Of a stretch of 33,913 bases of DNA, positions 24,733 through 33,913 are shown piece after piece. Source of the stretch: a virus (Duplodnaviria; Heunggongvirae; Uroviricota; Caudoviricetes); the IMG/VR virus record IMGVR_UViG_3300013102_000003, positions 134,644 to 168,556 of that record, one strand, 5' to 3'. Numbering within the stretch: position 1 is the first letter of the stretch; each line of letters starts with the position of its first letter. The position numbers and the translations under genes are program-made. A model generated the notes under the pieces. It was not told where the DNA came from. It did not search any database and saw nothing but the letters and a program-made list of their open reading frames with translations.

Positions 24733-25868
24733 TGTGGGCGGCGTACCTTTACCAGTCCACCACTGGCAGGATCGGCCCTAAGCTCAACTACGAAAGCCTT
24801 GCATGGTCGGTGGAGCTAAACGGAATCGAATCCATCCAACTGAACCTCAAGAAGTCAGATCTTCCTCCGGTTGATTTGACCAAATGGCTTTCCGCTTGGT
24901 GGGCAGGAGTTGTCCTCGTCTGGAACGGTGTTCCCGTCGTGGCTGGCCCCATCACAACCCGCCCGAGCGAAAGCTGGGACTCTGTGTCCGTCAACTGTGG
25001 CGGAATCCGATCCATCCTCGCCAACCGAGTTGTTGTCGAAGAGCAGTCGGACTGGACCAAGCTGAGTAAGTCTAAGATCAGCTACAGCGGACTATCGCTA
25101 GGCACCATTGCCCAGCGAGTCGTCCAGAAGGCACAACAGAAGCCCGCTGGCAAGCTTCCAATCTCGTTTGCACTGCCGGAACAGGGTGGAACGAACGACG
25201 GATACCACCAGAGGAATTACAAGGGGTTCGACCTTCAGAACCTCACCTGTGACGGAATCCTGACCAAGCTCTCCAACGTCATCGACGGTCCTGACATCAT
25301 GTTCAAGCCGCGCCTGATCAGAAGCAACCAGTTGACTTTTGACCTGTGGCACGGAACGGAAGACCACCCGAGAATCCAGCAGCAGTTCACCCAAGTCTGG
25401 GACACGACACCTCAAAAGGGTCAGGTCGCGGACATGACGGTAAACTACACTGGAACTTACCAAGCATCACGTGTTTTCTCCCTCGGGGCTGGCATGGATG
25501 AGAAGATGATTATTCAGGTTAGCACAAACAACGGCCCGCTGCAAGAGGATTACCCACTCCTTGAGAAGGTCGTCAACAAGGGAAGCAGTGAGAACCCTGC
25601 CGTCGTGAAGGGGCATGGGGACGCTGAGCTAGCCGCCAACGATGAGGCTCTTCTGGAAGTTCAGATGACCGTCCGTGGGGACTCTGAGATCCCGTTTGGA
25701 AGCTTCTGGCCCGGAGATCTGGCACGAGTATACACTAAGGGATGGCTCTCTATCCCTGATGGGATGACTCCTATGAGGATTCTCAGCCTGACTGGCGACG
25801 GAAGTAACAACGTCAAAGTCAGTCTACAGCAAGAAAGCAAGTTTGACAAGGCTTCAGAAGAAGTTTAG
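24732..25868 (+). CDS. Minor tail protein (baseplate hub / Tal-like)
   Basis: TAATG stop-start overlap; WSVELNG...PVVAGPI...SLGTIA...LTKLSNVIDGPDIMFKP...YPLLE...FWPGD...MRILSLTGD is an actinophage hub-type minor tail pattern. Confidence 0.8.
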   Translation: MWAAYLYQSTTGRIGPKLNYESLAWSVELNGIESIQLNLKKSDLPPVDLTKWLSAWWAGVVLVWNGVPVVAGPITTRPSESWDSVSVNCGGIRSILANRVVVEEQSDWTKLSKSKISYSGLSLGTIAQRVVQKAQQKPAGKLPISFALPEQGGTNDGYHQRNYKGFDLQNLTCDGILTKLSNVIDGPDIMFKPRLIRSNQLTFDLWHGTEDHPRIQQQFTQVWDTTPQKGQVADMTVNYTGTYQASRVFSLGAGMDEKMIIQVSTNNGPLQEDYPLLEKVVNKGSSENPAVVKGHGDAELAANDEALLEVQMTVRGDSEIPFGSFWPGDLARVYTKGWLSIPDGMTPMRILSLTGDGSNNVKVSLQQESKFDKASEEV

Positions 25869-25894
25869 CAGTTAAGTGACATAGAGGATGTAAG

Positions 25895-28800
25895 ATGCAG
25901 AATAGACGAATCGGTCCAGACGGAGCTATTGCCCGCGAGATCATTGATACACGAAAGAGGGTTGAATCCCTCGAATCAAGACCGGCTGGAGATATTTATT
26001 TCCAGTCTGCCACCACCAGAGATCCGCTGACCGGCGTCGAGATTGTCATCGGGCAGCTTGCGGACGGCTCCTATGGCATCGATCCGTTCGTGGGGGACAC
26101 TACCCCGCCTCCGGTAGCCACAGCCCCTATCACTACGGCACAGCCTGCCCTCATTAGTGTTGGCTGGGATGGACTCTTTGCCGGAGGTGAAACCAAGCCA
26201 CGCGACTTCTTGCAGTTGAACGTCATCGGACACAAGATCGTGGGCGGGGCAACGGTATTCACTACCCCTGTCGGAGTCGTGCGCCGTGAACTTGCCGCTG
26301 CCTACCTCAACTTGGACGTCATTGCCGAAGACGAGACATGGCAATTCTCCTTCCAGTCCGAAGACCAAAACGGTAACAAATCTGCATTCAGCGCCAGAAG
26401 CCCCATCGTTACGATGGAAGGCATCATGTCCACCAAGCTTGTCGATGACAAGATTCAGGAACTGAAGGACAAGGACACAGAACTTACCAACACCGCCGTA
26501 CAGACACAGGACTCTCTTGCCGACGCTCAGGCCCTTGCCGACGCTCTGCTTGCCAAGGGGCAGAACCTTGTCATCAATGGTGAATTTGACGCGCCCATCG
26601 TGACAGGCAAGCCTATCACTGGATGGCCTACCCTAACGCTGTCCTCCGTAGTCGTTAATGCGAGTGCTGCACGCACAGGAACACAGTACCTGCGTTGCGC
26701 TCCCACCACATCTTCTGCCCTAGCTTACAGCAACGATGTCGCCGCTGCAAGCGGTAGAACCTACCGTGCGGAGTACTGGGTAAAGCTAGGCCAGACTGCT
26801 GCCGTAACAGACGCTACTGCTTCGGTCGGTCTCTACTTTGTCACAACCAAACTGGATGGGACAAGCAACAACGCCCCTGTAGCTGATACCACAGTCTCTG
26901 TAGCCTCTCTGACCACCTCCACATGGACTAAGGTGACCAAGGACTACACTGTAACAATCCCTGTCAGCAAAATCAAGTTCGGACCTCGCCTCACCGGTAA
27001 TGGAAACGTCTACTTCGTTGACAGCTTCAAGGTCACCGACGTAACGGATGCCCTCTCGGCCCAGCTAAAGGCAGACTCTGCGTTTGCCAATGCTCAGCAG
27101 GCCGCTGACGCTGCCGGAACAGCCCAGACTGCCGCCAACTCAAAAAACAGAAACTGGTATCAGGCAACTCCCCCGGCAGGTGTCTCCCATAAAGATGGAG
27201 ATACATGGTTCGATACTGATGATGATAACAGAATCTACGTCTGGAACGCAACTGCGGGTCCGCTAGGCACCGGAGCATGGATTGACATGCGCGACAAGGC
27301 CATTGCTGCCGCCACTGCTGCTGCGACTGGTGCGCTGGCATCTGCCGATGGAAAGAACACCAACTACTACGCCCCAACAGCACCGACCGGCATCACACCA
27401 AAAACAGGTGACGTATGGTTCGACACTACCAACGGATACCGTCTGAACACATGGGACGGAACCAAGTGGCAGACCACACAGGATATGGCGTACGCCATGC
27501 TGGAGACAGCAAAGAAGGGACGCACCTTCACACAGGCTACTGAGCCTGCCGTGGAGTTCCGCAATGCTACCACGATCTGGAATGACACTTCCGGTACCGA
27601 TGGTATGATGGTCACCAAGTACTGGGAACCTACCCTGAACGCTGGTGCCGGTGGTTGGCGTGCCGTGGCGGACAGAGGCATCAAGGTAGCTCAGGATGCC
27701 GCTGACGCCAAGGCAGTTGTCATCTACTCCAGCAGTACTCCGTCAGCTTCCGCTCAGAAGCCACAGAACCTTTGGATCGATACCACTGGCGGAATCAATA
27801 TCCACAAGCGCTGGGATGCGGTAAACGGTTGGACCGTTGTTGCCGACTCCCGTATTGCTTCCACGGTCGTTAGTGCCTCTGCTGCCGGTGTGTCCGCTCA
27901 GCAGGCGTGGGATGAGGCCCAAAAGAACCGAACATTCACCGGGGCCGTCCAGCCTGCCGTCCAGTTCCGTAACTCTACCACAACGTGGATCGACACCTCT
28001 CTCGGTGACGGACTTGCAGTCACCAAGCGTTGGGACACCGCAACAAGCGCGTGGGTTGTAGTGAAGGACGGAGCCATCTCTCAGGCTCAGATTGACGCTG
28101 CTCTCGACGCACAGGCCAAGTCCGATGCGGCATACGCTGCTTCCATCAATGCTCAGGGTTACTCAGGAAACCCTAGCTTTGATGACTGGACTGGCACCGT
28201 CCCGAACCAGTATCTTGCGTTCGGGACTGGCCCCACCAAGGAAACTACGCTGGTCCGTCGCGGACCATTTGCTGCCCGATTTAACTGTGTTGACACCACT
28301 ACAGATCGTGGACTAAACTGGAATGGTATTCTCAACCATGCTCCAAACCTTGAGTACTTTACCGTTGAGTTGGCGTTCTACCTAGTATCTGGAGCAAGCC
28401 TCTCTGGGGCAGTTGTGCGTCTGGACTGGAACGGGCTGACCCCTTACAGTTCTCAGATCAACCTGAAAGACGAGATAACCAACCCGGAAACCGGCAAGTG
28501 GTACAGAATCACTAAAACCCTCCGTCGTCCGGCTAATACTACTGGGACATGGTCCGGCATGGACGGCTACCTGATGGCCAACTGGTCCAGCGCCCTAGGC
28601 GGTTCTAAGGCTGTCAAGGACATTGTATTTGACTGGCTGAACATCCGCCCGTCAACTAACGAGGAAATCCTTGCCTACCTCTCTCCTGAGGACGCGCAGA
28701 CCAAGGCGACACAGGCAAAGCTCGACGCCATTGCCGATACCGCCCCGAAACTTGCCGCAAAGAGCGCAACGTTCTTCCAGACCGCAAAGCCGACCGGTGG

Positions 28801-31800
28801 AACGTACCTCAAGGGTGACATCTGGATCGACACTGACGACGGCAACAAGCTCTACGTTTATGATGGCTCTGACTTCATCGTAGCACAGGACACTGCCATT
28901 GACAAGGCCCTGTACTCAACCTTTACAACTGATATTGACAGCACCGCCCCGAACAAGTGGCTCTACACCAAGTACGATAAGGTACTTGCTTCGGGTGCAA
29001 CTCCGGCGTACACTGACATCGTTGGTTTTGCTGGAACATCCACACTGGTTTCAGACGGCACCGACGTGGTGAAAAACCAAGGAACCAACTACATTGGTCA
29101 GGCTCGCACTGTCGTCAATGTTATCTCATCAAAGACTATCACTGTCACCGCAACCCACGATGACGGCGGACGAGTCTACGTTGACGGTGCCTCAGTCTAC
29201 TCCAAGGGAACTGTCGGCACCAACATTGTCGTCTCCTTCCCGCTGACTGCGGGCTGGCACATCATTGACCTGCTCTGGAATGAGATCTCCGGCAACGATG
29301 GATGGTTCTCGATCAGCCCTACATTTGCATCACAGGTTGACGCAATGTTCGCGCCTGTATCGCTCACTGCCATCTCATCCATGGCGAGTGCTGCCCAGAC
29401 TTCGGCCAACGGTAAGAACCAGATCGTATACTCCAACTCTGACGCCACTGGCTCAACAGGAACAAGCGGCCAGCCGTACACCGTAGGTGACACTTGGTTC
29501 AAGCGTTCCCTCACGTCACCGTTCAACATCATTGCACAGTGGGAGTACGCCGGAGGTGGGGTGTGGACCTCGCGTAAGGTCGATGGACTCAACATTGCCA
29601 ACATCGATGCAGGCACCATTACTGTGGGTACCCTCAGCGGCCAGCAAATCTCTGCCACAGCCATTGACGGTAAGACTATCACTGGTGCTACCATCCAGAC
29701 ACACAACACTCCGGCAACCGGATCAAGTGCGCGTGGAATCAAGCTGACCTCTACTGAACTGATGGGGTTTGACGGAAGCGGCAACAAGAACTTCTCGCTG
29801 ACAACTGGCGGAACTCTTGCCGTCCGTGGTACGATCCAGTCAGGGTCCACCATCTCGGGTGCCACTTTGTCGGCATCTGGTATCTACACCAACGCTACAC
29901 CTCAGCGTGGAGTTCAGATCAAGGATACCGGAATCAACGCGTGGGATGCCAGTGGTGTGCCGACGTTTATTCTCGACGCTGCTACTGGTCAGGTCGAAGT
30001 TCCGGGCCTGAAGGCTAGCTCCATTACAGGCGACATGATCATGGCTAACACTATCGGTGTATCTAGCTTGATGGTCTCCGACCTAACGAACTTTGCTCCC
30101 TCGCTAGCAGAGTCTCCTAAGGACTGGACGCTCTCTGGTGGGATGTTGATAGTCCCCACCTCCCTTGACGCCAGTGGAAGACGTCTTGAGGCCACCGATA
30201 ACGCCGCAACTGCATGGGCACGTGGGCCGTTCATGGCCGTTCAGCCGGGAGAAAGCCTCTACGCAACTGCAACCTCCTACCGTGGACCGAGTGCCACAGG
30301 TACCATGTACCTCCGCTACGAATGGTACGATAAGTCCAAGGTACCTCTAACCAGCCCTGTCTACACTGGAGCGCCCCAGTCCAGCGCGTCCAACGGTGGG
30401 ACCAAGTTCGAACTGGTAGCCGTTGTTCCGACAGGTGCGGCCTACACACGTATCACTCTGCCAATCGGTGGCGGTGCTGTTGGGTCTAACGGATTCTACA
30501 ACATATCAGGCCGTCGTATGAACGGTGGAGAGCTTATCGTTGATGGTGCCATTGACGGTAAGACTATCACAGGTGCCCTCATCCAGACAACAAGCTCTCC
30601 GGTGTCCGGTTCATCCGCTCGCGGAATCAAGCTGACCCCTAATGAGCTTGCAGGTTTCGACGGAGCGGGTAACAAGAACTTCTCCCTGTCTTCGGCTGGT
30701 GCCCTCACACTGACTGGTGACATCCAGTCGGGATCTACAATCACTGGTGCAACAATCAACGGTACTGGCATCCAGACCAGCACATTGCCCACAAAGGGCA
30801 TCAAGATCGCTTCTACGGGCGTATCAGCATACAACAGCACCAACGGCCTGACCTTCAAGGTGGATGCCGCTACGGGCGTTGTAGAGGCTCCGGGACTGAA
30901 GTCCAACAGCATCGTGGGTGATATGATCGCTGCCGGTACTATCGGTGCAGATAAGATCTCCGTTTCTGATTTCCGGAACCTAGCCACTGTCAATGAGCGC
31001 ACAGGGGTGATGGCCACCTACCCGAGCGGTGAGACAAAGGTCACCTCCGGGTTCCTAGACATGGTGTCTCCAACCCAGTTGTACATGATGTTCACTGAGA
31101 AACGTGGACCCGTTCCCTTCAACGCTAACGACGAGATTTACTTTGAATTCACGGCTAAAGCAACTGCGGCTACCACATGTAACTTCAGTGTCTGGACGTA
31201 TGATGCCCCGACCGGAGGTACTTCTTCTGTTACTAGCAAATCGGTAACCATTCCTGCTACAGCTACTCCGGTTACCGGAGTCATTGCCGTCACCACCTAC
31301 AAAACAGACGCCTCATACTTCCTCATTGGCCTTTCCAGCGTAGCCAGCAAGGGCATCCAAGTCAAGGATGTAAAGGTTTACCGTCGAGACGGTGGACAGC
31401 TTCTTGTGGACGGTGCAATTACCACCAACCATATGAAGTCTGGTACCATTGATGCCGGAATCCTGTCTGCCGCATCGATTACCTCCGACCTGATCTCTTC
31501 TGACGCCATCACGGCCAAAGTTATCTCCGTAGGTGACTTCACCAATATTGCGACTGGTGGTGGATTCGATACGACAGGTGACAAGGCCAACTGGAGTGCG
31601 CTTCCGGTAAACACTAACTGGTCCACGACATCTCCTGCCCCCGGAAGCCTAGGATACGTTACCGCTAACGCCAATGCAGGTTCGCGTAGCTTGACGTTGC
31701 TCAACAAGCCGTCCGTACAGCCCGGAGACGAGTACTACATCTCCCTCTTGTACAAGACTTCTTCTGACTACAACGGAACAGCCAACAACTCTAAATTCCG

Positions 31801-33913
31801 TGTCGGAGACCAGATCAATGCCCACCTACTATCATTGAGTTATACCACTATTAGCTCAAGCTGGATACCAGCCACAGCAAATTATGTAGTGCCTGCCACT
31901 GGTGTGAACTCGCTTACACTTTCGCTTAACTTCGACAATACCGTTGGATCGGTGTCTGTCGATAACGTTGTTATGAGGAAGAAGGCTAGCTCTACTCTGA
32001 TCGAAGACGACGCGATCACAACCGACCACATCCGTGCTGGAGCGATTGACGCATCTAAGCTGTCCGCTAATGCTGTCACCGCAAGTGCTGTGTCTGCTAA
32101 GTCGATCACTGCTGACAAGCTTATCATCTCGTCCACTAACAACCTTCTTATTGAACCTGATTTCAGCCTCAACGGTATCGCGTGGACCACTGGAACCAAC
32201 ATCTCGGTCAACCCAACAGCAGGTCGTGGTGCCACTCCTGCTCTCAGATTTACTGGAACTACAGCAGTACAGAGCAGTTACAACCTGATCGGCAAGAACC
32301 CGGATGTCACTAACAAGATTGCAGTGGATTCTGACAACCGCTTTAGGGCCTCATTCTGGGTGAAGTCCACTGAGGCACTTCCTGCTGGTGCCGTCAAGCT
32401 TGCCATGCGACGTTATACCTCATCATCCAGCCAAACTGCATCCGGTATGGTCCAGAATGATGTGGCGCTGGTTCCAAATGTTTGGACACAATTCCAAGGT
32501 GTTTCAACGAAACTACCAGCGGGCACTAATGGTGTTGGTTCCACTATTGCTCTGGATTTCTACCTGATTGTTGACAACCTCACCACAGGCGGAATCACAG
32601 ACATTGACGCGGTGTCGGTGACCCGAGCAGCAGATGGAAATCTTGTCGTTGACGGTGACATTACCGCAAGCAAGCTGGATGCCAACCTAGTTCTGGCTAC
32701 GAAGATCATTGCCGGTGATGAGGCAGGTATTCACGCGGAAATGAGTCCTGCCGGGTTCAAAGTCTATGCTCCTGATCCGGGTGGTGGGCCTTCCACCGAA
32801 GTTGTCCGTCTGGGTGTTGCCGCAACTGATGACTACTTCGCCATTACCAAGTCCAACGGTGACTCGGCGGCGTCTATCTCGTCGGAAGGTGTCATGTATG
32901 CGCTGGACCTTATCGCTTCACGCTCCATATCCTATAGGGGTGACGAGTTGCAGTCTTTGCTTGATGACAAGCCTCGCGGTGTTGTTGCAGCGGCTTACCG
33001 CGATACTAGCTCTGCGATTAATGGTGGAACCACCAATGGCGACATCCCGTACCTTCGTTTGGAAGCATTCATGGAAGTCGGACGTGTCTACAAGATCTCC
33101 ACATCCCCTATGAGGATTTCAAGGGATGCTGGTGCGTCAGTGACTGTGGGCATCAAATACAATAGCACTGGAAATGCAACAACTCCAGCACTCGCTACGG
33201 TGTCCTCTGGTAACTTGACACAATCCATCGTCTGGGATGAAGCTAATGCCCCGATGTTGAATGAACTGTTCGCCCTTACCACCGGATCGTCACGCTGGGT
33301 CTCCTTCCTGATCTGGCTGGGAGCAGTCGGCGGAAATGCCGGATTCCGCCCAGCAGGTGGGTACCCAGTACGCCTCATCATCGAAGATGTTGGGCCAAAC
33401 CGCAACACCATCGGTAGCGGTGTCTCCGTTGACGGAAATGCTACACCTCCAGCAGCCAAGAACACCTATACCAAGCAGTACTTCGCATCAGGAAGCTCCA
33501 ACTACAAGGGAGACGGAACAGTATATAACTACGATGCTGGTAGAATGTATCAGGGCCTACAGCCCGGAACAAGTAACGGTAACCTGAAGTCCCTTGCGTA
33601 CTTCCCAAGTATGACAGGAGACCTCAGCGGTGCTATCGTAAATAACATCCGAGTCTACTTCAAGTTTGACCACTGGTACTACAACACCGGGGGTACAGCA
33701 CGAATCACCCTGCACGGCCAGTCCGGACTTCCAGCTACGTTCCCGACCACATACGGAACCCCCGCCGTGTCCTCCGGAGGATGGCCGAAACCGGGTGACC
33801 GTTGGGTGACCATCCCGACCAGCTACTACGGAGGGTTCGTCAACGGGACCTATAAGGGTGTTGCTCTTGAAGGTGACGGAACCTACAACACGTACGGTAT
33901 CGCCCAACGTCCA
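25895..33913 (+). CDS. Very large tail fibre / receptor-binding minor tail protein (at least 2673 codons, 3'-truncated; missing from the ORF track)
   Basis: ATG 25895 after GAGGA gives MQNRRIGPDGAIAREIIDTRKRVESLESRP... The same frame reads ...YKGVALEGDGTYNTYGIAQRP at the window end, and the track lists no stop-terminated ORF from this start. It contains an FN3-like segment, about six CBM-like jelly-roll modules (e.g. NLVINGEFD, GNPSFDDW, NIATGGGFD, NLLIEPDF), GDxWxDT repeats, a PA14-like HDDGGRVYVDG module and IxAxxIT repeats. Confidence 0.9.
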   Translation, partial: MQNRRIGPDGAIAREIIDTRKRVESLESRPAGDIYFQSATTRDPLTGVEIVIGQLADGSYGIDPFVGDTTPPPVATAPITTAQPALISVGWDGLFAGGETKPRDFLQLNVIGHKIVGGATVFTTPVGVVRRELAAAYLNLDVIAEDETWQFSFQSEDQNGNKSAFSARSPIVTMEGIMSTKLVDDKIQELKDKDTELTNTAVQTQDSLADAQALADALLAKGQNLVINGEFDAPIVTGKPITGWPTLTLSSVVVNASAARTGTQYLRCAPTTSSALAYSNDVAAASGRTYRAEYWVKLGQTAAVTDATASVGLYFVTTKLDGTSNNAPVADTTVSVASLTTSTWTKVTKDYTVTIPVSKIKFGPRLTGNGNVYFVDSFKVTDVTDALSAQLKADSAFANAQQAADAAGTAQTAANSKNRNWYQATPPAGVSHKDGDTWFDTDDDNRIYVWNATAGPLGTGAWIDMRDKAIAAATAAATGALASADGKNTNYYAPTAPTGITPKTGDVWFDTTNGYRLNTWDGTKWQTTQDMAYAMLETAKKGRTFTQATEPAVEFRNATTIWNDTSGTDGMMVTKYWEPTLNAGAGGWRAVADRGIKVAQDAADAKAVVIYSSSTPSASAQKPQNLWIDTTGGINIHKRWDAVNGWTVVADSRIASTVVSASAAGVSAQQAWDEAQKNRTFTGAVQPAVQFRNSTTTWIDTSLGDGLAVTKRWDTATSAWVVVKDGAISQAQIDAALDAQAKSDAAYAASINAQGYSGNPSFDDWTGTVPNQYLAFGTGPTKETTLVRRGPFAARFNCVDTTTDRGLNWNGILNHAPNLEYFTVELAFYLVSGASLSGAVVRLDWNGLTPYSSQINLKDEITNPETGKWYRITKTLRRPANTTGTWSGMDGYLMANWSSALGGSKAVKDIVFDWLNIRPSTNEEILAYLSPEDAQTKATQAKLDAIADTAPKLAAKSATFFQTAKPTGGTYLKGDIWIDTDDGNKLYVYDGSDFIVAQDTAIDKALYSTFTTDIDSTAPNKWLYTKYDKVLASGATPAYTDIVGFAGTSTLVSDGTDVVKNQGTNYIGQARTVVNVISSKTITVTATHDDGGRVYVDGASVYSKGTVGTNIVVSFPLTAGWHIIDLLWNEISGNDGWFSISPTFASQVDAMFAPVSLTAISSMASAAQTSANGKNQIVYSNSDATGSTGTSGQPYTVGDTWFKRSLTSPFNIIAQWEYAGGGVWTSRKVDGLNIANIDAGTITVGTLSGQQISATAIDGKTITGATIQTHNTPATGSSARGIKLTSTELMGFDGSGNKNFSLTTGGTLAVRGTIQSGSTISGATLSASGIYTNATPQRGVQIKDTGINAWDASGVPTFILDAATGQVEVPGLKASSITGDMIMANTIGVSSLMVSDLTNFAPSLAESPKDWTLSGGMLIVPTSLDASGRRLEATDNAATAWARGPFMAVQPGESLYATATSYRGPSATGTMYLRYEWYDKSKVPLTSPVYTGAPQSSASNGGTKFELVAVVPTGAAYTRITLPIGGGAVGSNGFYNISGRRMNGGELIVDGAIDGKTITGALIQTTSSPVSGSSARGIKLTPNELAGFDGAGNKNFSLSSAGALTLTGDIQSGSTITGATINGTGIQTSTLPTKGIKIASTGVSAYNSTNGLTFKVDAATGVVEAPGLKSNSIVGDMIAAGTIGADKISVSDFRNLATVNERTGVMATYPSGETKVTSGFLDMVSPTQLYMMFTEKRGPVPFNANDEIYFEFTAKATAATTCNFSVWTYDAPTGGTSSVTSKSVTIPATATPVTGVIAVTTYKTDASYFLIGLSSVASKGIQVKDVKVYRRDGGQLLVDGAITTNHMKSGTIDAGILSAASITSDLISSDAITAKVISVGDFTNIATGGGFDTTGDKANWSALPVNTNWSTTSPAPGSLGYVTANANAGSRSLTLLNKPSVQPGDEYYISLLYKTSSDYNGTANNSKFRVGDQINAHLLSLSYTTISSSWIPATANYVVPATGVNSLTLSLNFDNTVGSVSVDNVVMRKKASSTLIEDDAITTDHIRAGAIDASKLSANAVTASAVSAKSITADKLIISSTNNLLIEPDFSLNGIAWTTGTNISVNPTAGRGATPALRFTGTTAVQSSYNLIGKNPDVTNKIAVDSDNRFRASFWVKSTEALPAGAVKLAMRRYTSSSSQTASGMVQNDVALVPNVWTQFQGVSTKLPAGTNGVGSTIALDFYLIVDNLTTGGITDIDAVSVTRAADGNLVVDGDITASKLDANLVLATKIIAGDEAGIHAEMSPAGFKVYAPDPGGGPSTEVVRLGVAATDDYFAITKSNGDSAASISSEGVMYALDLIASRSISYRGDELQSLLDDKPRGVVAAAYRDTSSAINGGTTNGDIPYLRLEAFMEVGRVYKISTSPMRISRDAGASVTVGIKYNSTGNATTPALATVSSGNLTQSIVWDEANAPMLNELFALTTGSSRWVSFLIWLGAVGGNAGFRPAGGYPVRLIIEDVGPNRNTIGSGVSVDGNATPPAAKNTYTKQYFASGSSNYKGDGTVYNYDAGRMYQGLQPGTSNGNLKSLAYFPSMTGDLSGAIVNNIRVYFKFDHWYYNTGGTARITLHGQSGLPATFPTTYGTPAVSSGGWPKPGDRWVTIPTSYYGGFVNGTYKGVALEGDGTYNTYGIAQRP
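29660..30960 (+). repeat. Intragenic diverged direct duplication (~29660-30070 vs ~30548-30960)
   Basis: GCCATTGACGGTAAGACTATCAC (23 nt) is identical at 29660 and 30548, and similarity continues through GGAATCAAGCTGACC, AACAAGAACTTCTC and CCGGGxCTGAAG. Confidence 0.85.

Noticed and set aside
29660-30960. Diversity-generating retroelement template/variable repeat pair
   Set aside because: Both copies are in-frame coding, differences involve all bases and are largely synonymous rather than adenine-specific, and no reverse transcriptase is in the window.
25976-33907. Many short ORFs in other frames or strands across the last 8 kb
   Set aside because: All explained as shadows of the single uncalled tail fibre ORF starting at 25895.
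1-33913. tRNA, rRNA, CRISPR array, integrase, transposase or lysis genes
   Set aside because: Intergenic gaps are short and accounted for by terminators, promoters and leaders; no such motifs were seen.

Overview
The window is the head-and-tail morphogenesis region of a large-genome actinobacterial siphovirus (inferred from gene families and GC-rich codon usage; the host cannot be determined from sequence alone). All real genes are on the + strand. Order: a giant polyvalent protein truncated at the left edge (at least 2274 aa: ADP-ribosyltransferase-like segment, about 7 copies of a small W-containing repeat domain, an intact SF1/UvrD helicase, two SH3-like modules and a C-terminal GNAT-like domain); a 172-aa acidic partner; a 796-aa modular head-region protein; a capsid maturation protease with two protease-like halves; a scaffold-fused major capsid (hexamer) protein; a capsid pentamer-like protein; major tail protein; head-tail connectors; tail assembly chaperone with a probable non-canonical -1 frameshift; tape measure; three minor tail proteins; and a tail fibre ORF of at least 2673 codons that is absent from the supplied ORF track because it runs off the right edge. 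The best candidate for an undescribed system is a virion cargo/effector module: a giant helicase-ART-GNAT effector with its downstream partner, plus a polyprotein whose domains are delimited by the same (V/I/L)x-A-(A/S)-(G/A) motif found at the capsid scaffold junction, with a repeated RSxxAKxQxRxxxG(R/K)(W/F) peptide at segment starts. All domain calls are by-eye motif recognition; no searches were run.
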